Positions 16,301-24,995 of a stretch of 31,086 bases of DNA are shown here, one piece after another (positions within the stretch are counted from its first letter, which is position 1; every line of letters begins with the position of its first letter). Made by a program: the position numbers and the translations under genes. The notes below the pieces were generated by a model that saw only the letters and a program-made list of their open reading frames with translations, was not told the DNA's origin and searched no databases. The DNA is from a virus (Duplodnaviria; Caudoviricetes): positions 1 through 31,086 of the IMG/VR virus record IMGVR_UViG_3300032225_001122; one strand, given 5' to 3'.

Positions 16301-18103
16301 GGGGTGGCAGATTTTGATGCGATTCAATCATCGTGGGGTCGAGAAGGTTATCAAATTGTAACCGGGGCGCTAGATAATCCAGATGTTAAAGTTGCTTTAA
16401 TTAATGCGGACGATATTTCCGAAGAAGAACTTTATGCAATCATTAAATCTAGACCAGATGTTCATTTTTATCTTTCTTCAAGTTTCGATGAAAACATGGA
16501 AAGAATTAAAAACGAGTACGCAGGTGACGATCAAGTAGATGTTGGCGGGGCGCAATATATGGCCCGTTTTGTCTTGCGAGCGGTAGACGAAGCAGAGGGA
16601 GAATTTCCAGTTGATTATTCAATGGAAATTCCAGACGGTTTTTATAGACCTATTCCGTGGGAGTCTTGGTCTAATTGGTTTAATGCTAGCAACTCGCCCG
16701 CCAGACAAGGTAAAGATATTATGAAAATGAATCCGTCTGAAGTAAGTAAGGCGGTTCAAGAGCATGAATTCTATGTTGCTGAATTAGAACGCATGGAAAG
16801 ACTTAAAGAACAGTATGCAGAATTAGATGACAGCGTTGTTTATAGAATTCAAGATCCAAAGTTCAAGGGCTGGACGGTAAATCAAATTCGTAACTCTGAG
16901 GAAGCTGAGATGGAGAGCGAAGTTCTTGGCCATTGTATTGGAAGCGAAGAGCAGCCTTACGCAAGAAATATTGACGAAGGAAATATCCAAGCATTCTCTC
17001 TTAGAGATGAAAACGGTATTCCTAAATTAAGCTGGCATTACAATCACGATGATGACTCGCTTGCCCATGTTCAGGGTAAGTCAAACGATTCATATGATAT
17101 GTATCGTCACCTTGTAACAGAATTTAATAATGCAACTGATCGTGACGACGATCAAGGTGGCGGAGGCGAAGAACATAAGTTACCCGGTACCGAAGCAGAA
17201 GAAGTAAATCTTCCACCAAGAAATTCTATGGAAGAATACATTGACCAATACAACGATCCTTACGAGCAGGCTTATGATATTGCCGAGCAGGATGATATGA
17301 CTGTAGGCCAAAATACTATGATTAACCCCGGCGAAGTACTTTGGGATGACATTTTAAATGAAATGTTTAGATATGGAGAAGATTCCAATAAAATTAAAGA
17401 TTTTATGTATTGTTTGGAAGAAAATATGGAAATTTCTGATTTTGTTTGGCATGCTGATCAGTTCTTTAACAGAATGGAATACAATAAAATGTCTCCTGAT
17501 CAAATTGCTAATGACGAAGATGGCTTGCAAAATATGGAAATGTATCGCAATTGGAGAGCGCTTCATACTGACCCATCAACGGGTGAATACAAAGAGTCTG
17601 AGCAAATTCCGCATAGTAAGTATGATGAACTTAAGCAAAGATGGGAAGAGTCCGAAGAAGCAGAGGGAGGGTTCGCGTATCCGTGGCCTGAGTACGAATC
17701 TTTGAAGTCAGATCCTTTAGGCCTAAGCGAAGATGCTCCAACCGCCGGAGAATTTTGGAACAACCGTGGATTCTTGCCAGCCAGCATGGATCCTCGCTTG
17801 CAATATCAAAAACACGATCCCGTTATGGAAGAAACGGCCTGCACCCATTGTCAGGGAACAGGTCAAAATGCAAATGAAGCTGATGGCTTGTGCCATTTTT
17901 GCAAGGGAACGGGCAAGCGAGAGATGCCAGCCTTTGAAGGTGACACGGGAATTTATCAGGAGCCATCGGGCCAGCTATACTATGCTAAACTTTCTTCAGA
18001 AGAAAAAGCTAGCGCTTGGGATAGACCCGCAGAGACATTAAACCCTGTTGAACTAGCATATGTAGAAGGCCGCTTAGTCAGCCCTGATATATGGAGCCTC
18101 TAG
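13331..18103 (+). CDS. large internally duplicated protein: 2x PcfJ-like domain, 2x DnaJ-type CxxCxGxG Zn finger
   Basis: EQGNCF..Y..RVANG..VYVLRD and EVLGHCIG..Y..NIDEG..FSLRDENG; CQSCEGTG..CATCDGTG and CTHCQGTG..CHFCKGTG. Confidence 0.85.
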   Translation: MWNFSSTKTSTNNHNWKPGSLGAGYIFARSNTPDTFNLLDCNIRTWKIGPDETQDIEREYERTRPTEPILFRFYISPTGGVHDGGKGFQNRTGKPINAVLEFLHRSDNRLYNGYDEVKVNRLGSVKANRLHFNPETGEPCYCGLGRYSGRLSKEANLKYKDIMRGQMPKGLDPEFADNFQKTIQDLVEGTPATIPLPGFKKVIPWLVNQIKSGTIKYLPPHLSTMPFHIQDGENSEALNALDWQNITNLFNAEDSPYQLAQIDPEPFGNQRVDLNSLDPSQILFRAGKHKEWIKERVEKDRRKEDVAKQEKVYEFNDPEHEGWFVTKLNPSAEEARNVGLEQGNCFQNPSMGYQDRVANGELTVYVLRDPSGLGHGLWAYRPDGEIEVMENAGRIYGQDEDWEGYEMNNPELRAMVSEVNGALGFSDYYEGHNPYEEEEEQLLDEVQLPEVENVDDFVYQYHEDGDGRYELAEQIANNMGMGLDYDNLSIYEGEVDWSAVVEDLFENYEPNSVDSNDFFTTIMQGSWYMENFAKAADNYIEAWEHEAQQPVVDTESRQPKLENTDDPSYPTRMVEPEAVEEPPMFAYYRQWKGVHTNPNTGELEEPDWLGSRTQEQYEERHEKELQNPWSFMPQWNDLKTINGEPAMSENGYMRPAYLPASQNPKNRIPARETQPCQSCEGTGRSPEGWVCATCDGTGIQQQLKDITVGPNEQKVLQDFTGQMYFGKKSAVEDLKLHLARIKPKKSHSLSWVKGRKGRGLLLYDGTLTTWPVDKRGEPQHAGMYEYLTGTKLPESQSVQDFELGIPFDIYEDGTLAFFDDVSAEAIADLNKIDYRFKTSSNYEGFNYHFHPNTGQPCDCAYGVHKERDHFRPNQNRISHRFASQAVRKVKNQDQKHLRSDRGQQVLDFLHRLISGHGLGEQGEFGQGEQPGIEGMVPWIVKNLKTGWLKPKVDQNDQVSDLLTFNSYSYDSPEEIRAKLSKRNALPIDIEGVADFDAIQSSWGREGYQIVTGALDNPDVKVALINADDISEEELYAIIKSRPDVHFYLSSSFDENMERIKNEYAGDDQVDVGGAQYMARFVLRAVDEAEGEFPVDYSMEIPDGFYRPIPWESWSNWFNASNSPARQGKDIMKMNPSEVSKAVQEHEFYVAELERMERLKEQYAELDDSVVYRIQDPKFKGWTVNQIRNSEEAEMESEVLGHCIGSEEQPYARNIDEGNIQAFSLRDENGIPKLSWHYNHDDDSLAHVQGKSNDSYDMYRHLVTEFNNATDRDDDQGGGGEEHKLPGTEAEEVNLPPRNSMEEYIDQYNDPYEQAYDIAEQDDMTVGQNTMINPGEVLWDDILNEMFRYGEDSNKIKDFMYCLEENMEISDFVWHADQFFNRMEYNKMSPDQIANDEDGLQNMEMYRNWRALHTDPSTGEYKESEQIPHSKYDELKQRWEESEEAEGGFAYPWPEYESLKSDPLGLSEDAPTAGEFWNNRGFLPASMDPRLQYQKHDPVMEETACTHCQGTGQNANEADGLCHFCKGTGKREMPAFEGDTGIYQEPSGQLYYAKLSSEEKASAWDRPAETLNPVELAYVEGRLVSPDIWSL

Positions 18104-19476
18104 GCTTCGATCTCTGCGCCGCTTAAATAACAGCGGGCATTATCAAACTCAGCCTCTACCATTCCGGTCACAGGGTCGTAATTTCTAATCTTTGCAGTTG
18201 ATCCTGCGGGGATCTCAGTATAGGTGTCATTAAAGGCCATAGCAATTACGGAACTCTTGATCTTAAGAGATTGTCCAATCTTATCTGAAAACGCCTCAGA
18301 AGCCGTTAAAATGCTCTTAGAATAGGTGCCACCGGGGAATTGGATGGGGTTTCTTTCCGTTGGCACTCTTGCGCCGGGAACTGATACGGTTCCGCGTGGC
18401 GCTGGGCCTCCATATGGAGCTTCTCCCGGTCCCATAAATCCTTCTCTTTCGCGCTGCTGCTCCTTAAGGATCTCAAGAGGTGGTCGCTGAATTCTTGGTC
18501 TAGGCTCTCGGGCGGGTCGCTCTCCGGGCATACCCAAAAGATTTTCCTGCTCTTCCTCTGGTGGGGCCTCTGGTCTTTGTGGAGCAAGCGGGCCAAGTCT
18601 TTGTTCAAGAATTTCGTCAGGAGAGGTCGCGCCAACATCTTCTGGTTTAAATGGTGTAAGCTGCTCAATACCACGCGGGCCTCGGGGAACAGATGGAACT
18701 GCGCCTCCCGGTGTGCCGGGTTCCTGCGGAGCGCCCGGTGGTGTTGCGAATGGGCTTGCCTCGCCCGGAGCCTGCGGAGCGAGCGCTGGGGGAGCTTCTG
18801 CCTCTGCTGGCGTTGGCATACCTTCCATTCCCTCTACGGGAGAGAGTTTTGAAACATAATACAAGGCGAGAACATGAGAACATGGGCGGCCTTCATAAAC
18901 TTTCCATTGACGAGTGCGCTGCCAAGCATACTGATTCCAAGGGCAGGTACAATGCCATCCTGTAATAGCCTGCGACTCAGGATCCTGTCTGGTAATCTCT
19001 GAGTTGTAGTTGCCGTGATCGCCTCGGACTGAGCCTACAACAAACTCGGGGCTGTTTCTTACGAGTGTAACTCCGCCTGTATTGACGATGCGCTTGGCCT
19101 TTTCCACCAAATCATTCCAGTTATCCTGTCTTTGGATAACTCGGTCGCGCTGCTGTGCATTAAGGTTATCGTCCTCTTCGTTGAAGCCGTCGTCGGTTTG
19201 TCTGCGCTCTCTGTCAAGGATCTCGGTCGCAAGCTCTGGTGGAGCGGCAAAGTGGAACGTCGCTCTCTTATAGCCAAACGCGGCAAGGTCATTGGCAACC
19301 GTTGTTTCAGCCAAGATACGATCTTCTACTGAGCCAGCCTTAGCCATAATGATTGCATCTCCGGGCTTACCCTCCCACCAAGTAACGGTTGTTGAACCGA
19401 ATTTTTGCTTTTTGGGGGGAAGCGGTTTGACTGAGCTAATAATGCTCTTGATATATGTAATATCTTCATTCATCAC
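18100..19476 (-). CDS. SWIM-type Zn finger protein with a Pro-rich linker
   Basis: WHCTCPW...YEGRPCSHVLA (CxC...CxH); Pro/Glu/Gly-rich middle. Confidence 0.8.
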   Translation of the reverse strand: MMNEDITYIKSIISSVKPLPPKKQKFGSTTVTWWEGKPGDAIIMAKAGSVEDRILAETTVANDLAAFGYKRATFHFAAPPELATEILDRERRQTDDGFNEEDDNLNAQQRDRVIQRQDNWNDLVEKAKRIVNTGGVTLVRNSPEFVVGSVRGDHGNYNSEITRQDPESQAITGWHCTCPWNQYAWQRTRQWKVYEGRPCSHVLALYYVSKLSPVEGMEGMPTPAEAEAPPALAPQAPGEASPFATPPGAPQEPGTPGGAVPSVPRGPRGIEQLTPFKPEDVGATSPDEILEQRLGPLAPQRPEAPPEEEQENLLGMPGERPAREPRPRIQRPPLEILKEQQREREGFMGPGEAPYGGPAPRGTVSVPGARVPTERNPIQFPGGTYSKSILTASEAFSDKIGQSLKIKSSVIAMAFNDTYTEIPAGSTAKIRNYDPVTGMVEAEFDNARCYLSGAEIEA

Positions 19477-19479
19477 TAA

Positions 19480-20076
19480 TTAAGTGGCCTGTTTGAGCGT
19501 ATTTGCCTGTTTCCATCCTTTAAATGAAAAGTGTGGAGATTTCATTAATTTGTTTCTTTTGGTAATTTCTTTATTTAAAAGTCTTGTAATTTGGCGAGGT
19601 TTATAATCAATTGCTTCTACCGATACATTGATATTTCCCCAACGCCTAACCTCGCCACGGGAATAAGCGTGATTATGAATGTGACCATGAACATGAAGGG
19701 TTCTCTTTGAATCAACATTAAATAATTTAGGATAATGGTCAAAACTAACTTTGTGACCGCGATAATCAAATGAGAAAGGTTTAATTACCTTAAATCCTAT
19801 TTCCTCGTAATCATATTTTCTTTTGTCATGGTTGCCGAGGATGATGTATTTATCTCCTGTAAGTCTTGGCGCAACGTTTTCTTTAAAATAATAAAAATAA
19901 TCATCGCCACCCATCATAAGATCGCCTAAATGCAAAATTCTATGCTTTGGTTTAACAATTTGTCGCCAATTTGCAATCATTAAATCTTCGTGATACTTGG
20001 GTCGATCACAATACTTGATAATATTTTTATGACCCCAGTGGGTGTCTGAAATGATATAAAAGGGCGGATTAATCAA
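19480..20076 (-). CDS. calcineurin-like metallophosphoesterase
   Basis: SDTHWGH, HLGD, GNHD, DHYP, HGHIH. Confidence 0.92.
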   Translation of the reverse strand: MINPPFYIISDTHWGHKNIIKYCDRPKYHEDLMIANWRQIVKPKHRILHLGDLMMGGDDYFYYFKENVAPRLTGDKYIILGNHDKRKYDYEEIGFKVIKPFSFDYRGHKVSFDHYPKLFNVDSKRTLHVHGHIHNHAYSRGEVRRWGNINVSVEAIDYKPRQITRLLNKEITKRNKLMKSPHFSFKGWKQANTLKQAT

Positions 20077-20798
20077 GGACGGTGTTGTTTAATAAGATTT
20101 TCAATTTGAGTAAACAACCCGCGTTGATCCATCATCTTATAAGTAATGTTTGATGGAGAAAAGTCACCTTTGCCTTGCAGCATATCAGCCTTACGACGAC
20201 GATGTACCTGATCGTAAAATTTAATTGCCTTGATTGGCTCGTAGCGAATTAACTTTTCCATTTTGTCAGCATTTTCAAGAGCGATTGTATAACTTTCATT
20301 CATCTCTCTTTTGACATCGTGAGTCCTATCGGCCTCTGGCGGCACTAGCCATCTTTGTTCTGAAATATCATACGCAGATCTAAGTCCCGGTTTATAAAGA
20401 TCTTCTTTTGTAAATTCTCCAGAAACCACAAAACACTGTAAAGGATGAATGGTTCCCGGTACATTGATACCGTCGCACTCATCCATCATAATGGCGATCA
20501 TTTCTGCTCTTGACCACTCAGGGAATGCGTCTGCATTAACAAATAATGAAATATCACAGTCAGAGGATGGCGAGTATTGGTAAGTGGTTAGGCTGCCGGT
20601 AATAACGAGTGAAAGCCACTCTTCTACATGAGTGTATCCATTGCGAGCCAATGCTCCGATAATAGTCGCCGTGATCCATTGACTAAGCTCTGGCTTTAGG
20701 GTTGGCCTAGGATGCGTAGGATTGTCCCAAATGGCGGGATCTAGTTGATCAAAAATATCATCAAGGATGTTAGTTTTCTTTTTATTCCAAAAAGCCAT
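20073..20798 (-). CDS. Pol-beta-superfamily nucleotidyltransferase
   Basis: ITGSLTTYQYSPSSDCDISL (hGS...DxD). Confidence 0.85.
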   Translation of the reverse strand: MAFWNKKKTNILDDIFDQLDPAIWDNPTHPRPTLKPELSQWITATIIGALARNGYTHVEEWLSLVITGSLTTYQYSPSSDCDISLFVNADAFPEWSRAEMIAIMMDECDGINVPGTIHPLQCFVVSGEFTKEDLYKPGLRSAYDISEQRWLVPPEADRTHDVKREMNESYTIALENADKMEKLIRYEPIKAIKFYDQVHRRRKADMLQGKGDFSPSNITYKMMDQRGLFTQIENLIKQHRP

Positions 20799-22735
20799 TA
20801 CTTGCTCGCCAACTTTGTAGTCTTGCCTTCGGCATCAATGAGGTTTACTCGCTTGACGCTAAACTCTGGATACTGATAATACCATAATGTTAGAATGTGG
20901 TTCACGGTGTAAGGCATAGTGGTCATAGTGGTAATGTTTACCGTACCGCCCGGCTCGTACATTCCTTCTACAATACCGGCAGGAGTAAACTTGCCGGGGA
21001 TATCAGATGTACGCTGACCGGGGTGACCGACAGTAATTGTATCCGCCGGGATATCGTAAATAAATGGAACGGGATCCGTCAGAACATCCTTGGCCTCTTG
21101 GCCTGCGGAATAAACCCATTTTTTATGACTGACTTGCACCCATCCACCCTTACGCATAACCTCTGGCTCCCAATCGTGAGCCATTCTGCCTGTTTCAACA
21201 TACCCGTAGTGATGTTTAATTTTACGAACAAGGGCTTTTGCGACTCCCTTACGTTTAACAGATGAGTAAGCCATCTTTAAATTGTAACCGTCGCTTATTA
21301 CGGCGTAACCAACGGGTGATCCGTTGAGGTAGGCGACGTAATATGTATCTTTGTCGTTGAATTTGAACGCCTTGGCATACTTATCAAATCCATCAATGCG
21401 AGCCGCTTCAGTCATTCCGTAAACAGGCATCGTAGTTGGCTGCTGTTCTGTAAAGTGATCCGGGTTAGTTGCATCCATATCGGGATCTGGGAAGTTGCCG
21501 TGCTCTTCAATCTCAACATCTTTTTGACCATGTTCTTCTCTACGGTGCTTTTCGTACAGATGCCAATCTGGAAAAATTTCGTCACAAATTGGACACTCGT
21601 GTACGCCAAGCTCAGCCTGTGACTCACTGATTGTATCTACATCTCCGTCACCTTCAACGGGATTAAAGTTTCCGCCATCAGGCTTACCGAGGTTCTCCTG
21701 CTCCATATCCTCATAGCGCTTAATAAGATTATTAGATGATCCGTAAAGTTTGAATCCTTGGTCATTTGCCCATTCAAAGAACTGAGGCATGGCGTCAAGA
21801 TATGCGGGAATAATTTTTGCCTTCTTATCAGTTAACTCAATGACGCCGGATAAAACCTTTCCTTCTGCATTAATTGCTAGCGCCGTATGTGAAGTCTTGC
21901 CAATATACAAATGACCGTTTGACCAAACGTAATTTAGCTTAGATGGCTTTGGCTTTGGTTTTAAAGATTTACTTACGACTTGCCCGTGAACATCATTAAT
22001 TCCACCCCAATCCCATCCAACTTGATCTGAATAATCTTTAAAGATGCGAGACAGCACCTTCAAATTAACATTTGAATAGACATCCCAAGTTGCGACATTA
22101 TTTTGAACACTGACACTTCCGCTTGCCATTGGACCGGCGTGATCCTCAGATACATTTAGATGTCGTGCTAAATCTTCATGGCCAAATGTATCGACAGGAG
22201 AAACCTCCATCGAACCATTTGCATAGAAAAAATTGTATTCTTGAGTACCTTCGTCTAATCCGTCACGATTTGGCTCGTCGTGGATATATTGAGAATCAAT
22301 ATCATTCTGACGTTGAGGTTCTTCGCCGGGAAAAGCATCCCCTGTCAATGTGTCAGCGAGCTTGATTGCTACAGACAGGTTATCAAATATAAAATTAGCT
22401 CTTTTGTTGAAGGTCTCAGTTCTCTTATTCTTAATTATGTCGTATTTTACATAATTTGAATTTTTGTCAAATACGGGCTTACCAGTATGACCACCGGTAA
22501 GATCTAAGATATAAGATTGATCAGGACTTAGCCAAGCAAAGTGTCCGTCCTTCTTGCCTACGAATCCGCCTAGTCTTTCGGTCAGCCAGACCGAAGTTAC
22601 ATAACATTGACCGCCTCCAAATGACGAACCCTTCCAACGAGGGTAGCAGGTGTCGTCAGCCCATGCTTGCGCAGCGGCTGTTTTCAGAGCGTCAATTTCT
22701 CCGGGCGTAATAGCTTCTGAAACCCATGTCATCAC
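20798..22735 (-). CDS. multidomain protein: YunG-like Cys/His domain, C2H2 finger, GNAT-like domain
   Basis: AWADDTCYP..GGQCYVTS..LGG..HFAW; CPIC..HRREEH; VAYLNGSPVGY..KRKGVAKALV. Confidence 0.7.
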   Translation of the reverse strand: MMTWVSEAITPGEIDALKTAAAQAWADDTCYPRWKGSSFGGGQCYVTSVWLTERLGGFVGKKDGHFAWLSPDQSYILDLTGGHTGKPVFDKNSNYVKYDIIKNKRTETFNKRANFIFDNLSVAIKLADTLTGDAFPGEEPQRQNDIDSQYIHDEPNRDGLDEGTQEYNFFYANGSMEVSPVDTFGHEDLARHLNVSEDHAGPMASGSVSVQNNVATWDVYSNVNLKVLSRIFKDYSDQVGWDWGGINDVHGQVVSKSLKPKPKPSKLNYVWSNGHLYIGKTSHTALAINAEGKVLSGVIELTDKKAKIIPAYLDAMPQFFEWANDQGFKLYGSSNNLIKRYEDMEQENLGKPDGGNFNPVEGDGDVDTISESQAELGVHECPICDEIFPDWHLYEKHRREEHGQKDVEIEEHGNFPDPDMDATNPDHFTEQQPTTMPVYGMTEAARIDGFDKYAKAFKFNDKDTYYVAYLNGSPVGYAVISDGYNLKMAYSSVKRKGVAKALVRKIKHHYGYVETGRMAHDWEPEVMRKGGWVQVSHKKWVYSAGQEAKDVLTDPVPFIYDIPADTITVGHPGQRTSDIPGKFTPAGIVEGMYEPGGTVNITTMTTMPYTVNHILTLWYYQYPEFSVKRVNLIDAEGKTTKLASK

Positions 22736-22947
22736 TTATTACCTATGCGTTTCTCGTGCGCTTCCAGCGCTCCGCTTAATTCATAAGAGTCACAAAACTC
22801 GCACAAATAGATCGGCAAACCTCTGTTATTGAATAATTTGTCCTGTGTAACTTCAACAGGTAGTCTGACGAGTTGCCTAGGAGGACGAACCTCTTTCATC
22901 CTTATTCCCTTGCAACCATTGCAGATTTTGTCGTCAGGACTTATCAT
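22732..22947 (-). CDS. small Zn-binding protein
   Basis: C-terminal part of ORF 22732..23145, start MISPDD; CNGC...CEFC. Confidence 0.7.
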   Translation of the reverse strand: MISPDDKICNGCKGIRMKEVRPPRQLVRLPVEVTQDKLFNNRGLPIYLCEFCDSYELSGALEAHEKRIGNK

Positions 22948-23188
22948 CTTGGTTGAGCTTTTCCGCGACTTCGTGGCAATCGGGTGCGCATCCAAGTCCT
23001 CCGGAACCAAATTTCTTTGCTTGACGAAAACAATTTTTACAACGAACTTCGCCATTAGAACACTTAGCAAACTTACCGCTGCCGCCAGTGTAAATCTCAC
23101 CACCGCAGGGGCAGTCTTTCCAGTTTTTGCTCGGCTCCTTAACATAAATGACTTTGGTAATTCTTTGTCCCTTACCGTCTTGGCTCAT
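22934..23188 (-). CDS. Cys-rich small protein
   Basis: CPCGG..C..CKNC..CAPDC; GAGG RBS before MTMSQ. Confidence 0.7.
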   Translation of the reverse strand: MSQDGKGQRITKVIYVKEPSKNWKDCPCGGEIYTGGSGKFAKCSNGEVRCKNCFRQAKKFGSGGLGCAPDCHEVAEKLNQDDKS

Positions 23189-23684
23189 CGTCATCCTCTC
23201 TTTTTTGAATATTATATCTAACGTGGTTTTCAAAAATGGCGGAAGCCGTGTCAATGATATGGGCCTCAAGCATAAATAAAACCTCTTTTTCTAGTTGGGC
23301 TGCGTGGACAACAGGGATGTACATTTCAATGCCTGTGATCGGATCTGGTTTTCTAACCAGAGCCAGCATAAAGTAACCATCGGCTGCTAGGGCTGTATCA
23401 GTTGCGGCGCGAATTGAGTCAACATAAAATTCACCTACATCGACCTTGCGTGACAACATCTCAAAATGAGATTCAAATACCCATTTATCTGCCTCACCAG
23501 CATATACAGGATTCGTCTGATCCCATTCAATAAATAACATTTCAAAGCCATCAAAATCAGTTTTCTTATCTCTGACCCAACCGGTGGCACCAGCGTCTAC
23601 ACCTCTGTAAAGATCAAGATTGTCAAAACCCTCTTTGAGTTGAACATATGAGTTGACTATAATTGGCTTTGATTTTTTCATCAT
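23172..23684 (-). CDS. hypothetical protein (possible SH3-like N-terminus)
   Basis: 170 aa coupled ORF; GATGWV...FIEWD. Confidence 0.8.
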   Translation of the reverse strand: MMKKSKPIIVNSYVQLKEGFDNLDLYRGVDAGATGWVRDKKTDFDGFEMLFIEWDQTNPVYAGEADKWVFESHFEMLSRKVDVGEFYVDSIRAATDTALAADGYFMLALVRKPDPITGIEMYIPVVHAAQLEKEVLFMLEAHIIDTASAIFENHVRYNIQKREDDDEPRR

Positions 23685-23935
23685 TCCGCTCTTTCAAGCT
23701 CTCTTTGCTTCAAAGAAGTATATACTGACATCATGCCGTCTGTTCTACGAAAAATAACATAAAGCAGCGTACTAAAAAAGAACCCCTTGAGTTTGTTAAA
23801 GGGCCAAAGAATGGCTGCAACAACCAGTAAAAAGACATCTACATCTGTCTTGACCGCATTAACAAGGCCAAGAGCGACACCTTTAACAAATTCTGAAAAC
23901 TTCATCTCATGCATCTGTATACCTCGTCCCGACAA
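23681..23935 (-). CDS. small membrane protein
   Basis: hydrophobic segments VFLLVVAAILWPF and FFFSTLLYVIF; start uncertain. Confidence 0.7.
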   Translation of the reverse strand: MSGRGIQMHEMKFSEFVKGVALGLVNAVKTDVDVFLLVVAAILWPFNKLKGFFFSTLLYVIFRRTDGMMSVYTSLKQRELERAE

Positions 23936-24150
23936 TCTTCAATAAGTCTTCTAGCTTCGGGATTGTCAATTAATGAAATAGCATCATTTAGATTAGCATA
24001 AAGCATATCAACATTCAAGTTCATTGCAGATGCGATGCGCTCTGCTCTTTCGACAATCTCTTCAACTTTTTCATTGGATTCAACTTGCTTTAGTTGATTT
24101 GCAATTAAAGATGCTTGCTTAAATGCAGATTCCTTAGGGAAATTACTCAT
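23902..24150 (-). CDS. hypothetical helical protein
   Basis: ORF 23902..24192; GAGG RBS before MSNFP. Confidence 0.7.
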   Translation of the reverse strand: MSNFPKESAFKQASLIANQLKQVESNEKVEEIVERAERIASAMNLNVDMLYANLNDAISLIDNPEARRLIEDCRDEVYRCMR

Positions 24151-24358
24151 CTGTTTCCTCTTGAGTTTCATCTTCTTCTTGAATAATTGCAATTTGAATA
24201 TAATTCTCTACCTTGCCAACGGCACCTTGCAAAGCCTTAGTCATTGCACTAGGCTGAGGTCGATTATTTAGTTTACGATATTGGTCCACCATATCTAGCG
24301 TCTCGTTTTGATAATACGCTGACGTAAGTGCGGCCCTAATAACTTCTAGATCAGACAC
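24143..24358 (-). CDS. hypothetical protein
   Basis: ORF 24143..24421; probable GTG start near the upstream stop. Confidence 0.65.
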   Translation of the reverse strand: MSDLEVIRAALTSAYYQNETLDMVDQYRKLNNRPQPSAMTKALQGAVGKVENYIQIAIIQEEDETQEETDE

Positions 24359-24995
24359 TAAAACTGATACTTGCTGGAGTTCGTCCAAGGAGATCACTCT
24401 TTTCTTCAATATACTTTTCAAGTAGCGTCCAGTTAGGCGCTAGATAAATTCCGGGTACGTCTGTTAATGCTCTATTATACTCGCAAAATAAGCCAAAACC
24501 CTTGCGAGCAACTGTTGCCTCTTCTTGCCAATTATAATCGTACACAAATTCTACCAGAGTCTTGGGCCTATCGTCAATAATGTACTGACAGTCTGCGATA
24601 AACGGAGCCTTATTCTCTGTTGTACAAATTAATGATTTGGCTTGAGGAAAGCCATGAGCCTGTAACCACTCATATGTAGCATCGTAAGCGCTCTCAGAGC
24701 GATTAGAAATATAAATGATGTCATTGCCAGCACTAAAAATTTTACGCAGCGTAACGACCGCATTTTTAAACGGAGTTTGAGATCTAATTACATGATCACG
24801 ATGGCACATATCAATAATTGTTTGCCATTCTTCTTCAAGAATGTCATTTGGGGTACGCCATTCATTCCAAGTAGAATATGCGCCGCTCTGAAAATTCTTA
24901 TCTTCACGTTCAATGGCAATCTTTGTCATCATTTCTTGAGCAAGATCACCAAAGGCGTAAAGGCTGTCATCAATATCTACGGCTACTTTACTCAT
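24351..24995 (-). CDS. HAD-family 5'(3')-deoxyribonucleotidase (NT5C-like)
   Basis: VAVDIDDSL, YISNR, ENK, YIIDDRP. Confidence 0.88.
   Translation of the reverse strand: MSKVAVDIDDSLYAFGDLAQEMMTKIAIEREDKNFQSGAYSTWNEWRTPNDILEEEWQTIIDMCHRDHVIRSQTPFKNAVVTLRKIFSAGNDIIYISNRSESAYDATYEWLQAHGFPQAKSLICTTENKAPFIADCQYIIDDRPKTLVEFVYDYNWQEEATVARKGFGLFCEYNRALTDVPGIYLAPNWTLLEKYIEEKSDLLGRTPASISFSV

Noticed and set aside
15356-17915. dnaJ chaperone call
   Set aside because: Only CxxCxGxG fingers are present; no J-domain or HPD motif
18095-18130. TAG read-through or alternative genetic code at the end of the giant gene
   Set aside because: A TAA follows within 9 codons, the CTAG is a shared convergent stop, and genes elsewhere are intact under the standard code
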